Assembly (NCBI GenBank): GCA_963769885.1
Contig: CAVYNH010000007.1
Location: forward strand, 96,001 to 160,000
DNA from: Methanobacteriota archaeon
Lineage (GTDB): Archaea; Thermoplasmatota; E2; DHVEG-1
DNA length: 64,000 nucleotides
Direction of reading: 5' to 3'
Both the position numbers and the translations under genes were made by a program. Below, in pieces: positions 1-9,716 of this stretch (positions are counted from its first letter, which is position 1; every line of letters begins with the position of its first letter). Under the pieces are notes generated by a model. The model made no database searches. It was not told where the DNA came from and saw only the letters and a program-made list of their open reading frames with translations.

Positions 1-589
1 GTGGTCGGGTCTCTTTCCCGAAGAATCGGAGGTCTTGGCGGACTTGTAGCTGGTTGAGGCTGACGGCTTGTTGGATGAGGTCTCGGTTGAGGCCTCTGAG
101 TTCGCAGTAGCGGCGGTCTTGGAGGTCGCCGACGGCGCCGATGATCGCGAGACTGGCGAGGTCTGCATTCTGCGGGCTGATGGCGTGGGAGACGAGGAAG
201 GTGGCGCCGGCGCCGGAGAGTTCGTAGGAGCCGTCGTGGCCGAAGAGGTGGGGGTTGAGGTGGTGGGGGGCGTCGGTATCTGGGGTGCAGGCGTGGTGGT
301 CGGTGATGATTTTGGTGATGGTGGGGTATTGGGTGGCGATGGTGCTGCCTAGATCGGTGAACCAGACGAGGTCGTGGTTTTGGTCGGCGAGGCGGTCCAT
401 GGTGGGGGCGTCGATTTGTTTGATGCATTCGATGGTGGTGTCTTTGCCGAGTCGTCTGGTGGTTTGGAGGGCGATGGCGCCGGCGGTGATGCCGTCGGCG
501 TCGACGTGGGTAACGATGTGGACGGAGCCGGCTTTTTTGATGGTTTCGGCAAGCTGTCGGCTGCGTGTGAGTATGTCGGTTCCTCCCAT
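1..589 (-). CDS. DHH-family phosphoesterase (RecJ/GAN/HAN-like), 3'-truncated by window edge
   Basis: Manual translation from ATG at 589: MGGTDILTRSRQLAETIKKAGSVHIVTHVDADGITAGAI...WFTDLG...ITDHH...SGAG...GAVGDLQD. These are the DHH motifs. Absent from the ORF track because it runs off the window. Confidence 0.9.
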   Translation of the reverse strand, partial: MGGTDILTRSRQLAETIKKAGSVHIVTHVDADGITAGAIALQTTRRLGKDTTIECIKQIDAPTMDRLADQNHDLVWFTDLGSTIATQYPTITKIITDHHACTPDTDAPHHLNPHLFGHDGSYELSGAGATFLVSHAISPQNADLASLAIIGAVGDLQDRRYCELRGLNRDLIQQAVSLNQLQVRQDLRFFGKETRP

Positions 590-783
590 GTGGTGTTTGC
601 CATCCCTGCCTGATTTTTTTTGTATTGTGTCGGCGGGATTAAATAGCGTGATGTCTTTTTCTAGCTTTGCATGACGCTGATGGTTTGGGGTGGGTGGTCT
701 CCTGGGGGTTCTCCGAGGTATGGTTCGGAATGCATAAAAAGGGGGAGTGTTTTCTGTGGTGTCAGGTTTGAGAGGCGAGAGGA

Positions 784-1002
784 GTGCTTCTGAAGAAGAA
801 GGTGTTTGAGGAAGGGTCGATTAAGATTATTGTTGATTATGAGAAGTGTCAGGGTCATGGGGAGTGTGTGACCGCGTGTCCGGTGGATGTGTTTGCGGTG
901 GAGGGTGGGAAGGCGGTGGCGCGGCATTTGCAGGATTGTATTGAGTGTTGTGCGTGTGTGAATGCGTGTGCGAATTGCGCGATTGAGCATAGTTCCTGTT
1001 GA
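784..1002 (+). CDS. 4Fe-4S dicluster ferredoxin
   Basis: CQGHGECVTACP and CIECCACVNACA motifs. Start uncertain: GTG 784 overlaps the GAGGAG SD, so CTG 790 or GTG 802 are alternatives. Confidence 0.9.
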   Translation: MLLKKKVFEEGSIKIIVDYEKCQGHGECVTACPVDVFAVEGGKAVARHLQDCIECCACVNACANCAIEHSSC

Positions 1003-1043
1003 GTCGGTTGTCTTGGGTTGAGTCGTGGGAGTTGGTGGTTGTC

Positions 1044-1466
1044 ATGGTGTCGAATCCGGTTGATGTGCGTGTTGTGACGTCGTGGAAGCCTGAGGAGATC
1101 GTCGCGTTGTATAAAGCGGCGGGGTGGTGGAAGGAGTGGTATGATCCGGCGGGGGTCCCGATGTTGATTCTGAAGAGTTTTGTGTTTGCGGTCGCGGTCG
1201 ATACCGTGAGTGGGAAGGCGGTGGGGATGGGTCGGGTGCTGTCTGATGGGGTGTCGGATGGGTATATTCAGGATGTCGTGGTGTTGCCGGAGTATCGGCA
1301 TCGTGAGGTGGGGAAGCAGGTGATTGAGGCGTTGGTGCAGGCGTGTCTGTCTCGTGGGGTGACGTGGATTGGGCTGGTGGCGGTGCCCGGGAGTGTGCCG
1401 TTCTATGAGGAGTGCGGGTTTCGTCCGATGCTGGGGCATACGCCGATGTTGTATGGGTCTGGGTGA
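1044..1466 (+). CDS. GNAT N-acetyltransferase
   Basis: VGMGRVLSDGVSDGYIQDVVVLPEYRHREVG motif A and PFYEECGF motif B. Confidence 0.9.
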   Translation: MVSNPVDVRVVTSWKPEEIVALYKAAGWWKEWYDPAGVPMLILKSFVFAVAVDTVSGKAVGMGRVLSDGVSDGYIQDVVVLPEYRHREVGKQVIEALVQACLSRGVTWIGLVAVPGSVPFYEECGFRPMLGHTPMLYGSG

Positions 1467-1478
1467 TGGGCTCTGAGG

Positions 1479-2405
1479 GTGTCGTTGTCTGATTTTCATC
1501 GGATCGGGCTTGAGGATAAGGCGTTGTTTGATGGGTTCGCGGCGCGGTTCCCGGTGACGCATAGCGGGAATGTGTTTACGACGATGGTGTGTTGGCAGGA
1601 GTTCGTGCAGTATTCCGTGGCCGTCGTCCGGGATCATCTGGTGGTGTTGGCGCGGTATGATCCGGAGGTGACGGTGCGGCCGCCGGTGGGGGCGCCGGAT
1701 GATGGACTCATGGATGAGGTGATCCGCCTGGCGGTGGGGGAGGGGGCGCACCTGGGGTACGTCGAGGCGCCGGTGAAGGACCGCGTGGCTGCTCGGTATC
1801 CTGGGTTGCCGTTTGTGGAGGACCGGGATTATGCGGATTATGTGTACAAGACCGTGGATCTGGCGACGCTGCCGGGGACACGGTACGCGAAGATCCGCAA
1901 TCGGCTCAATAAGTTCACGAACAGTACGCCGTATACCGTGACGCCGATTGACGAGGGGTCGATTGCGGATTTGGAGGAGTTCCTGCACCGGTGGTGTCTG
2001 TGGAAGGATTGCGCGTCGGACCCGTATCTGGAGCATGAGCGGAAGGCGATGGTGTTTGCGATCCAGCATTTCTTTGAGCTGGGGCTGGCCGGGCTTGCCT
2101 TACGGGTCAAGGGTGAGATTGAGGCGATCTCGATCTTCGAGCAGATGAACGACAACACGGTGGTCGTGCATTTCGAGAAGGGCAGCCCGAACTATGACGG
2201 GGTGTACAAGGCGATCAACATGGAGACGGCGCGGTACGTGCAGTCCCATGCGGTGTACCTAGACCGGGAGGAGGACATCGGCCTACCGGGGCTGCGGAAG
2301 GCGAAAGAGTCATACCATCCGGACCATCTGGTCAGGGTCTGGCACGCGGAGCACGGGGCGCTTTCTCGGCTGGTGCATCCATCGTCTGGGCCAGGTCCTG
2401 GATAA
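1479..2405 (+). CDS. DUF2156 / phosphatidylglycerol lysyltransferase C-terminal-like domain protein
   Basis: DYVY...L.G..Y.K.RN..NKF, VVHFEKG, and REEDIGLPGLRKAKESYHP signature. Confidence 0.85.
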   Translation: MSLSDFHRIGLEDKALFDGFAARFPVTHSGNVFTTMVCWQEFVQYSVAVVRDHLVVLARYDPEVTVRPPVGAPDDGLMDEVIRLAVGEGAHLGYVEAPVKDRVAARYPGLPFVEDRDYADYVYKTVDLATLPGTRYAKIRNRLNKFTNSTPYTVTPIDEGSIADLEEFLHRWCLWKDCASDPYLEHERKAMVFAIQHFFELGLAGLALRVKGEIEAISIFEQMNDNTVVVHFEKGSPNYDGVYKAINMETARYVQSHAVYLDREEDIGLPGLRKAKESYHPDHLVRVWHAEHGALSRLVHPSSGPGPG

Positions 2406-2679
2406 GGCGGCAGATGCGACAGGTCTCGACCGCAGACGAGCTGTCGTTCATAATCCGGGCTGCTGAAATCAGGATTTCTTGTTGAATCGTAACGGTGAAG
2501 ACGAGGTTATGTCCCCGCTTTTTCGAGAGGTACTGGCAGACGGCGGCCGGGGTGACCCCGAGTTTTTCTGCGGCGTCGCGCTGGTTAAGACCATGATCAT
2601 TAATCAAAGAAATTGCGAAGGCGCGCCGGATCGCGGGGAGCCGGTCCCACAGCATGATCTCGCAGGGCGTCAGCCGCAT
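2332..2679 (-). CDS. HTH transcriptional regulator (archaeal COG2522-like)
   Basis: PCE...LPAIR...LNQRDAAEKLGVTPAAVCQYLSKKRG, with C-terminal CRIC. Confidence 0.85.
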   Translation of the reverse strand: MRLTPCEIMLWDRLPAIRRAFAISLINDHGLNQRDAAEKLGVTPAAVCQYLSKKRGHNLVFTVTIQQEILISAARIMNDSSSAVETCRICRLIQDLAQTMDAPAEKAPRAPRARP

Positions 2680-2847
2680 ATTCCTGTAAACTTGTTCTAA
2701 TTATATTAAATTAACGATTGTTAAAATCAATGCGAATAAAAGTCAATGCCAGGACTTGAGTCCATCGTGAAAAAGTCGTTTATTACACGGCTCGTCCGAT
2801 AAACGTATTAATTGCTTCCTTCATTTCTTTATCTGGTGGACATCCAG

Positions 2848-3291
2848 ATGAACAATCGGCTCATAGTTCTTGGCATGCTTCTGATGATTCTATGTTTAAG
2901 CACACCTCTCCAGGCCGAACCAACCAAAGAAATCGACAGGGGCGCCGTCACAATCCATTTCTACCGCGATATGGACAACGACAGTGTCTACGATCCAGGC
3001 GAACCAAGTCCGCCCTTCTTCTTCGTCCTGCTCATAACCCATCAGGTCAACCTCAGTGCCCTCGCCGTTAGATTCAGAATTATCGGACCCAGAGGCACAG
3101 TCACGTTTCACCGTCTCCCCTACCCCGCCAGATACCGCCTTATTGCACAGTTCGTCAATAACCCCATAGGCATCTATACCGAAGAATGGACCTACGACGG
3201 CCTCCTAGAACTCAGCGAAGAACTCATCGGCACCAGACTCAACCTCCCCGTAGAATACCATTTCACCCCCATGCAGACTCACCAAAAATAG
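2848..3291 (+). CDS. hypothetical secreted protein (SdrD-B/prealbumin-like start, DxDxDxxYDPGE)
   Basis: Signal peptide MNNRLIVLGMLLMILCLSTPLQA, followed by FYRDMDNDSVYDPGE. Confidence 0.6.
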   Translation: MNNRLIVLGMLLMILCLSTPLQAEPTKEIDRGAVTIHFYRDMDNDSVYDPGEPSPPFFFVLLITHQVNLSALAVRFRIIGPRGTVTFHRLPYPARYRLIAQFVNNPIGIYTEEWTYDGLLELSEELIGTRLNLPVEYHFTPMQTHQK

Positions 3292-3377
3292 CAAGGAGTA
3301 AATACATTCAAACCTAAACCAATCTCCTGATGCACGAATTTATAGCCCATAAACCGATTACACTCACCTAAGAAACC

Positions 3378-4286
3378 ATGCCGGACCTCACCACCCACTT
3401 AGGCTCACTTACTCTTAGAAACCCCACGATCCTGGCCTCCGGCATCATGGACGAAGACGCAGGCAGCATCCGCCGTATGATCACCAGCGGCGCCGGCGCC
3501 ATCGTCACCAAATCCATCGGCCTCACACCGCGAGACGGCTACCCCAACCCCACCGTCACCGAAACCCCCCACGGCCTCCTCAACGCCATGGGCCTCCCCA
3601 ACCCCGGCATCAAAGACTTCGCAGAGGAACTCGACCGCCTCCACCCCGCTCCCGTCCCCCTCATCGCCAGCATCTACGGCAAAGACCCCGACGAGTTCCG
3701 CACCCTTGCCCGCCGCATGGAACAGCATCACGCCGACGCCCTCGAACTCAACCTCAGCTGCCCCCACGCTAAATCCTACGGCATGGAGATCGGCATGGAC
3801 CCCCAGGTCCTCAGCGAGATCACCACGGCCGTTACTTCCACGGCCCGCATCCCCGTCTTCGTCAAACTCACCCCCAATGTCCCCGACATCGTCACCCTCG
3901 CCCAGGCGGCCCAGGACGCCCATGCCGCCGGCATCGTCGCCATCAACACCCTCCGCGGCATGAGCATCGACCTCGAAGTCCGCCGCCCCATCCTCGCCAA
4001 CCGCATCGGCGGCTACTCTGGGGCCGCCATCAAACCCATCGGCGTCCGCTGCGTCTACGAAATCGCCCAACACGTTACTATCCCGATCATTGGCGTCGGC
4101 GGAATCACCACAGGGGCGGATGCCGTCGAATACATCATGGCTGGCGCCACCGCCGTCCAGATCGGCACCGCCGTCTACCTCCGCGGACCCACCGTCTTCT
4201 CACAAATCACCGCGGAAATCGGACAATGGATGACTCAGCATCACATCAAAAACCTCACCGAGATCAGAGGGGCGGCGATTCCATGA
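3378..4286 (+). CDS. pyrD: dihydroorotate dehydrogenase family 1B catalytic subunit
   Basis: NAMGLPNPG, ELNLSCPH, KLTPN, INT and GGYSG motifs. Confidence 0.95.
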   Translation: MPDLTTHLGSLTLRNPTILASGIMDEDAGSIRRMITSGAGAIVTKSIGLTPRDGYPNPTVTETPHGLLNAMGLPNPGIKDFAEELDRLHPAPVPLIASIYGKDPDEFRTLARRMEQHHADALELNLSCPHAKSYGMEIGMDPQVLSEITTAVTSTARIPVFVKLTPNVPDIVTLAQAAQDAHAAGIVAINTLRGMSIDLEVRRPILANRIGGYSGAAIKPIGVRCVYEIAQHVTIPIIGVGGITTGADAVEYIMAGATAVQIGTAVYLRGPTVFSQITAEIGQWMTQHHIKNLTEIRGAAIP

Positions 4287-5062
4287 ACAGCCCACGGATC
4301 ACCACGATTCGCGCCACCAAACAAGAAACCCGTAGCGTCACGACCCTGACCTTCTCCGATTCCCAACCCATCATCCCAGGCCAGTTCTACATGATCTGGA
4401 TCCCCGGGGTTGACGAGGTCCCCATGAGCGTCTCTTTGATCTATGACAGCCTGAAAGGGATCACCTTCCGCAAGGTCGGCGACGCCACCGCCGCCCTCGC
4501 ATCTTTGAAGAAAGGAGACCGGATCGGCCTGCGCGGCCCCTACGGCAACGGCTTCTCCCTCGAGGGGAGACGCCCCCTATTCATCGCCGGCGGCACCGGC
4601 GGAGCAATGCTCGCCCCCGCCATCGAACACCTCCAGAAAAAGAAAAGAAAAACAACCGTCATCATTGGCGCAAAGACCAAAGACGATCTCTTCTTCGAAC
4701 AACGACTCGCGAAAACTGGGGCCACAGTCCTCGTGACAACCGATAACGGAACCAAAGGCTACCACGGCTACGCCTCAGACCTCGCGAAGGACCTGCTCTC
4801 ACAACCCGGCTTCGACGCGGTCTACACTTGCGGGCCCGAGCCCATGATGAAGACTCTGCTGTCTGTCTGCAAAGACATCCGGTTCGAGGCCTCCCTGGAA
4901 CGCTACATGAAATGTGCGATTGGCCTTTGCGGTCAATGCTGCATCGGGGATGGTGTACGCGTCTGTGCCGATGGCCCGATTTTTGACGGCGAAACCCTGA
5001 AAAAAATCCCGGACTTTGGGACGTTCAAACGTGACGCCGCAGGCAAAAAACAATACTTCTAA
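4283..5062 (+). CDS. pyrK: dihydroorotate dehydrogenase electron transfer subunit
   Basis: GPYGNGF, AGGTG, CGPEPM and MKCAIGLCGQC..C.DGP. ATGA overlap with pyrD. Confidence 0.93.
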   Translation: MNSPRITTIRATKQETRSVTTLTFSDSQPIIPGQFYMIWIPGVDEVPMSVSLIYDSLKGITFRKVGDATAALASLKKGDRIGLRGPYGNGFSLEGRRPLFIAGGTGGAMLAPAIEHLQKKKRKTTVIIGAKTKDDLFFEQRLAKTGATVLVTTDNGTKGYHGYASDLAKDLLSQPGFDAVYTCGPEPMMKTLLSVCKDIRFEASLERYMKCAIGLCGQCCIGDGVRVCADGPIFDGETLKKIPDFGTFKRDAAGKKQYF

Positions 5063-5086
5063 GAACCACATCTGAAGAGTCCAATC

Positions 5087-5506
5087 ATGAGCGTGTTCAC
5101 CACTGAACTCCGCATCAAAACACAAGGAGAAAACACCATTCTAGACATCACCGAGAAGGTGCAATCTGCAGTAAGGCAATCAAAGATCCAAAACGGCATC
5201 GCCAACATTTTCGTGATCGGATCGACAGGCGCACTCACAACGGTGGAATACGAACCAGGACTCCTCAAGGACATCCCAGAGGCCCTCGATCGCCTCATCC
5301 CCCGGGACATCCCGTATGCGCACCAGGAGACGTGGCACGACGACAATGGACATTCCCACGTCCGCGCAAGCCTCATCGGACCTAACCTAACCGTCCCGAT
5401 CCGAAATGGCGAAGCCATCCACGGTACCTGGCAGCAGATCGTCTTCCTCGAGTTGGACACCAGACCACGCGACCGCCATCTCCTCCTCACCATCATCGGA
5501 GAATAG
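5087..5506 (+). CDS. yjbQ: YjbQ/UPF0047 family protein
   Basis: NGHSHVRASLIG and GTWQQIVFLELD. Confidence 0.9.
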   Translation: MSVFTTELRIKTQGENTILDITEKVQSAVRQSKIQNGIANIFVIGSTGALTTVEYEPGLLKDIPEALDRLIPRDIPYAHQETWHDDNGHSHVRASLIGPNLTVPIRNGEAIHGTWQQIVFLELDTRPRDRHLLLTIIGE

Positions 5507-5621
5507 CCTCTTTAAATATTAACCCGGACATAAGGAACTTCCTCTCCTGAAAAACCCACAAGAAGATTAGGAAGAGCAATATTATATAACTCTTCTCGAT
5601 ATTAGTTATAATGGGGAATTA

Positions 5622-7430
5622 ATGATGAAATACAAGCCGTGGCACAAAAAACCTCAGGTTTTTACCCTAGCAATCGTCGGAATACTTCTCTCAGCTGGAA
5701 TCGTACTTGGATTACCAACACCCATCCTAAACCATACGCAGCACACCATCCTGAATGCGCCGCTCAATGCAGAACTATGGAACAAGACGTATGGCGGCAG
5801 TAACATCGACATCGGTTACTCAGTCAAACAAACAAGCGACAACGGCTACATCATCGCCGGATACACCCGATCCTATGGCGCCAACGGCCACAACGTCTGG
5901 TTGATCAAGACCGACGCTCAAGGAACCATGCAATGGAACAAGACCTTCGGCGGCAGCAGCGATGACGAGGCACAATGCGTCGCACAAACCACCGACGGTG
6001 GCTACATCATCACCGGATTCACGAAGTCGCTTGGAGCTGGCGGCAAAGACCTCTGGCTCATCAAGACTAATGCCTCCGGGAACGAGATCTGGGATAAATT
6101 CTGGGGCGGTACTTCAGACGACGCTGGAACCTGCGTCCTACAGACAACCGACGGCGGCTACATTATCTCCGGTTACACTTCGTCCTACGGCGCTGGCAGC
6201 GTCGATGCCTGGCTCATCAAGACTAATGCCTCCGGGAACCAGGTCTGGGCGAAGACCTACGGTGGCTTAAGCTCAGACGGAGCATACTGGGTGGTCCAAA
6301 CCTCCGATGGCTATGCCCTGACTGGTTGGACCTATTCCTACTCTGTGGACCCGATCGGCGACGCCTGGCTGGTGAAAACCGACCTGAACGGCAACCAGCT
6401 CTGGTACGTCACCTATGGCGGCAATGACGTGGATCGCGGCTACTGCCTCGATTACACCACAGATGGGGGATACATCATCACTGGGTATACCGCAAGCATG
6501 GGCGCGGGCCTAGATGATATGCTGCTCATCAAGACCTATGCCAACGGCACTCAACAATGGCTGAAGACCTTCGGCGGAACTGGCAGAGACTACGGCAACG
6601 CGGTCGTACAGACCAAGACCGATGGCTATATCATTGCAGGCTACACCCTCTCTTATGGAGCGGGTAGCGAGGATGTCTGGGTCGTCAAGACCGACGCTGT
6701 AGGCAACCAGGAATGGTCCCAGACCTTCGGAGGAACCTATTCAGATGAAGGATGGAGCATCCAGCAGACTTCGGATTGGTCGTTCATCGTCGCCGGATTT
6801 ACCCTCTCCCACGGGGCAGGCGTCCATGATGTCTGGCTTATTAAGATCGCGGGAGACACTGTGCCGCCGCTCGAGGTCGACGCTGGCGGTCCTTATTCCG
6901 GAATGATGGGCGTCCCTGTCGAGTTTACCGGAAATGTGAGTGGCGGCATCCCACCGTATCAATACCACTGGGACTTCGGCGATGGGAACACCTCTGAAGA
7001 GCTCTCACCGAGCCATGTCTACGCCGCCGCGGGCTCTTACCAAGCGAATTTCAGCGTGGTCGATAGTAACGGGAGCATTGCAAGCGATACCGCGTCTGTC
7101 ACTATTCTCGCGGATACAACATCACCGGCGATAGCTATTATTCAGCCGTTAGCACACTCGTTGTACTTGAAAGGTAAGCGGCTGCTGCCGTTTCCCATCA
7201 CGCTTTGCATCGGTGCTGTGATTGTCACTGTGACTGCTTCTGATAACGAGTCCGGGGTCGCGTCGGTCGCCTTCTCGCTCAATGGAGTCGTGAAGTCAAC
7301 GGATATCGAGCCTCCGTATGAGTGGACCTGGGAGGGTCCGGCCTTTGGGAGGTTCACGCTTGGGGTTGAGGCGAGGGATAATGCTGGGAACAACGCGTCC
7401 TTACTGCCGACCGTCTGGCGGTTCTTCTAA
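5622..7430 (+). CDS. secreted beta-propeller repeat protein with PKD and C-terminal Ig-like domain
   Basis: Signal peptide, about seven 52-aa repeats (W.KT.GG...D.G..V.QT.DGGYII.G.T.S.GAG..D.WLIKT), PKD WDFGDG, then SGV..V.F...PYEW.W...DNAGN. Confidence 0.85.
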   Translation: MMKYKPWHKKPQVFTLAIVGILLSAGIVLGLPTPILNHTQHTILNAPLNAELWNKTYGGSNIDIGYSVKQTSDNGYIIAGYTRSYGANGHNVWLIKTDAQGTMQWNKTFGGSSDDEAQCVAQTTDGGYIITGFTKSLGAGGKDLWLIKTNASGNEIWDKFWGGTSDDAGTCVLQTTDGGYIISGYTSSYGAGSVDAWLIKTNASGNQVWAKTYGGLSSDGAYWVVQTSDGYALTGWTYSYSVDPIGDAWLVKTDLNGNQLWYVTYGGNDVDRGYCLDYTTDGGYIITGYTASMGAGLDDMLLIKTYANGTQQWLKTFGGTGRDYGNAVVQTKTDGYIIAGYTLSYGAGSEDVWVVKTDAVGNQEWSQTFGGTYSDEGWSIQQTSDWSFIVAGFTLSHGAGVHDVWLIKIAGDTVPPLEVDAGGPYSGMMGVPVEFTGNVSGGIPPYQYHWDFGDGNTSEELSPSHVYAAAGSYQANFSVVDSNGSIASDTASVTILADTTSPAIAIIQPLAHSLYLKGKRLLPFPITLCIGAVIVTVTASDNESGVASVAFSLNGVVKSTDIEPPYEWTWEGPAFGRFTLGVEARDNAGNNASLLPTVWRFF

Positions 7431-7445
7431 GATGATCAGTATCCT

Positions 7446-8876
7446 CTAATGCCAGAGGAATGCGGTCAGGTCCATCCGCTGCCAGTCGTTGTAGTCGTTG
7501 AAGGGACGTGAGCCGTCTGAGTAGTCCACGGTGTAGTACATGTACCCGTAGTTCATGCAGCTCTTGTACGGCCGATTGTACCACCAGCCGAGCTGCCAGG
7601 GCGCGCCGCTGTGACTGTCATGGCCGGGGATTGGGTTGAAATCCAGGGTATGGCCCATCTCGTGCATGTAGGCGCTGGCGTACACGGTGGCTTTATCCAA
7701 GTACGGGATTTTCGCCTTCTTCTCCATGAGGATGCTGGAGATCTGGTAGGAGTCTGATCCGAGCATGCACCCGCCGATGAGGGAGTAATTGTAGATGAGG
7801 AGGCCGTAGTGGAAGATGCCTCTGCGCCAGCTGGTCAGGCCGTCGTGCAGGAAGTAATGTTGGTAGATTGCGTCGACTTCGTTATGGCTCGTGCTAGCGT
7901 CGAAGGGGATCATGTCTGATCCGGTGCCGGGCCAGGAGCCGTCGTCGAGGTGGTAGCGGACGTTGTAGCGGTCGTAGGCCGTGTAGAGCATCTCCTTGGA
8001 TTCCGCGGGCATGATGCTTTCTTCGCCGTTCGGGCCGGTGGCCATCTGGTCGAGTTCGACGAAGAGGTCTTTGGCGAAGGGGTCAGATCCCCACTGGCTC
8101 GTGAGGTATTCTTTGCGGTTGCTGAGGCCGTCGTTGTCTGGGTCAAGGGAGCTGTGGGCCTCGGCGCTCATGGGGTTGTAGCCCCAGCGCCATTCCCAGG
8201 TGAAGGGGACATTGTCGTGGTCGGTGTCGTCAAGGGTGTTGTTGACGGTCGGGTCGGTACTGTATTGGTTGACCTCGATCCAGTAGGGGGCGCCGTCGTT
8301 GTCGTAGTCGTTCTGGGTGATGGTGAACCAGAGTTCGGCGTCGCGTCGTCCGCCGTAGATGGTGCCGTCGTCGCAGCCGTTGAGTCGTCCGTAGCCGCTG
8401 GGGTCGCCGAGATGGTCGTCGCCGGTCCATTGGCCTGTTGCGATGCTGTAGGTCATGGTGGCGTCGTCGGCTTGGTTTCCGATGTCGCAGAGGACGTCGC
8501 CGAGCGCGCTGTGGTCCCAGAGTTGGATGGTGACGGTGACGAATTCTTGGTCGTCGGGGACGTTGACGGTGGCGGAGAAATTCGGAGCGTAGATGTATCT
8601 CTGGTCGGTGTAGACGGGGCTGGTGAAGAGTTCGCCGTTGATGGTGATCTTGACGTAGAGGCTTGGGTTTTTGCCGCGTTCGATGAATTCTTCGCGGTGG
8701 ACTTGAACGTCTTTTTTGTCCAAGGCGCGGATCTTTTGGATAGTGACGGTCACGCTGACATCCACGAGCGGATCGAGGTCCTCCAGCGGTGCCGCCTTCC
8801 GGATGGAGGTGATTCCGAGGGTGCTCGTGAGGAGTCCGAAGATGACTAAGAGACAGAGATGCTTGATTGTTTTCAT
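7446..8876 (-). CDS. secreted putative zinc metallopeptidase with Ca-binding DxDxDG repeats
   Basis: Signal peptide, DYDNDG and DPDNDG repeats, YMHEMGHTL zincin motif and downstream SCMNY Met-turn-like motif. Confidence 0.7.
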   Translation of the reverse strand: MKTIKHLCLLVIFGLLTSTLGITSIRKAAPLEDLDPLVDVSVTVTIQKIRALDKKDVQVHREEFIERGKNPSLYVKITINGELFTSPVYTDQRYIYAPNFSATVNVPDDQEFVTVTIQLWDHSALGDVLCDIGNQADDATMTYSIATGQWTGDDHLGDPSGYGRLNGCDDGTIYGGRRDAELWFTITQNDYDNDGAPYWIEVNQYSTDPTVNNTLDDTDHDNVPFTWEWRWGYNPMSAEAHSSLDPDNDGLSNRKEYLTSQWGSDPFAKDLFVELDQMATGPNGEESIMPAESKEMLYTAYDRYNVRYHLDDGSWPGTGSDMIPFDASTSHNEVDAIYQHYFLHDGLTSWRRGIFHYGLLIYNYSLIGGCMLGSDSYQISSILMEKKAKIPYLDKATVYASAYMHEMGHTLDFNPIPGHDSHSGAPWQLGWWYNRPYKSCMNYGYMYYTVDYSDGSRPFNDYNDWQRMDLTAFLWH

Positions 8877-9024
8877 AGGAAATCCCCCTTTTTGGTTCTT
8901 TTATAAGCGTCCCTGGTTATAACTTTTTGCCTTTCATCGGATGCCTTTGGGTAGGAGTCGGGGATGCTCAAGGATGGATTCTGTCTCTTGGTTCTAGAGG
9001 AGGGCGGCGAGGATTTTTATCAGT

Positions 9025-9096
9025 AGCGGCCGGGAATACTGCGTGGTCTGAACCGCAGTGAAGACCCGCAGATGAGAGGCCGCTCGTCGTCTTTTT
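9025..9096 (+). ncRNA. candidate K-loop (L7Ae-binding) small RNA
   Basis: AGCGGCC/GGCCGCT outer stem. Inner CTGCG(T)GGTC/GACC-CGCAG stem closed by CTGA...GTGAAGA (box D / box C-like). TTTTTAT at 9014-9020 and T-tract at 9092-9096. Confidence 0.45.
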
Positions 9097-9113
9097 CTCA
9101 CAACACTCGTTAC

Positions 9114-9716
9114 ATTTTTTGTCGCGGCGGGCAGGCGTCCGCCTGCCCCTTTACCGCGCGACAGGAGTACAAAAACTTATGGAGAGTGTATCGAGCGGCA
9201 GCTCTAAAAAGGTTGCGGGTGACACCCGCAACAACTGGGTGACCATGATGTTCCCGACACACAAAAGGTACCGGAACTTCCGAAAACAAAGCCACATCGA
9301 CACCTGCACCCAGACGTTCCACGACCTGGAACGCCTTGGGTTCGAGTTCGGCGAATTCGGATTCGCCGAAACCCATGTACATCTCCAGGTCAACGTTCCC
9401 AAGCGGTACTCCATTGAAACCGCTGAGATTATTCTCAAGTCTTACACCTCCCGGAGAATGTTCCAGGCTCACCCCGGGTTCCACAAACGCTACCCCCGCG
9501 GGGGATTCTGGAGCGGGTACGAGCACCACGAGTCCACCGGATTGACCAGCCTTGATGAATCCTCAGCCTACCTACGCGATCAGCAACACCATCACAACGT
9601 GACCATCATCGACAACCGACAACAACGCCTGACCGCCGAGTGAGATACGGCAATGCCCAAGAGGGCTTGCCGAGGAACGAAGGCGGAACGGGGTCATAGG
9701 GGCGCAGCCCCTATTT
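9114..9716 (+). mobile_element. IS200/IS605-family element (tnpA only, no tnpB); ends approximate
   Basis: TTAC at 9110-9113. Left hairpin GGGCAGGCG-TC-CGCCTGCCC extended by TGTCGCG/CGCGACA. Right hairpins CGGCAA.GCCC-AAGA-GGGC.TTGCCG and ATAGGGGC-GCA-GCCCCTAT. Confidence 0.75.
9179..9643 (+). CDS. tnpA: IS200/IS605 Y1 HUH transposase
   Basis: HVH (HUH) motif, LKSYTSR, FWSG and YLRDQ catalytic Tyr helix. AGGAG upstream of ATG 9179. Confidence 0.9.
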   Translation: MESVSSGSSKKVAGDTRNNWVTMMFPTHKRYRNFRKQSHIDTCTQTFHDLERLGFEFGEFGFAETHVHLQVNVPKRYSIETAEIILKSYTSRRMFQAHPGFHKRYPRGGFWSGYEHHESTGLTSLDESSAYLRDQQHHHNVTIIDNRQQRLTAE

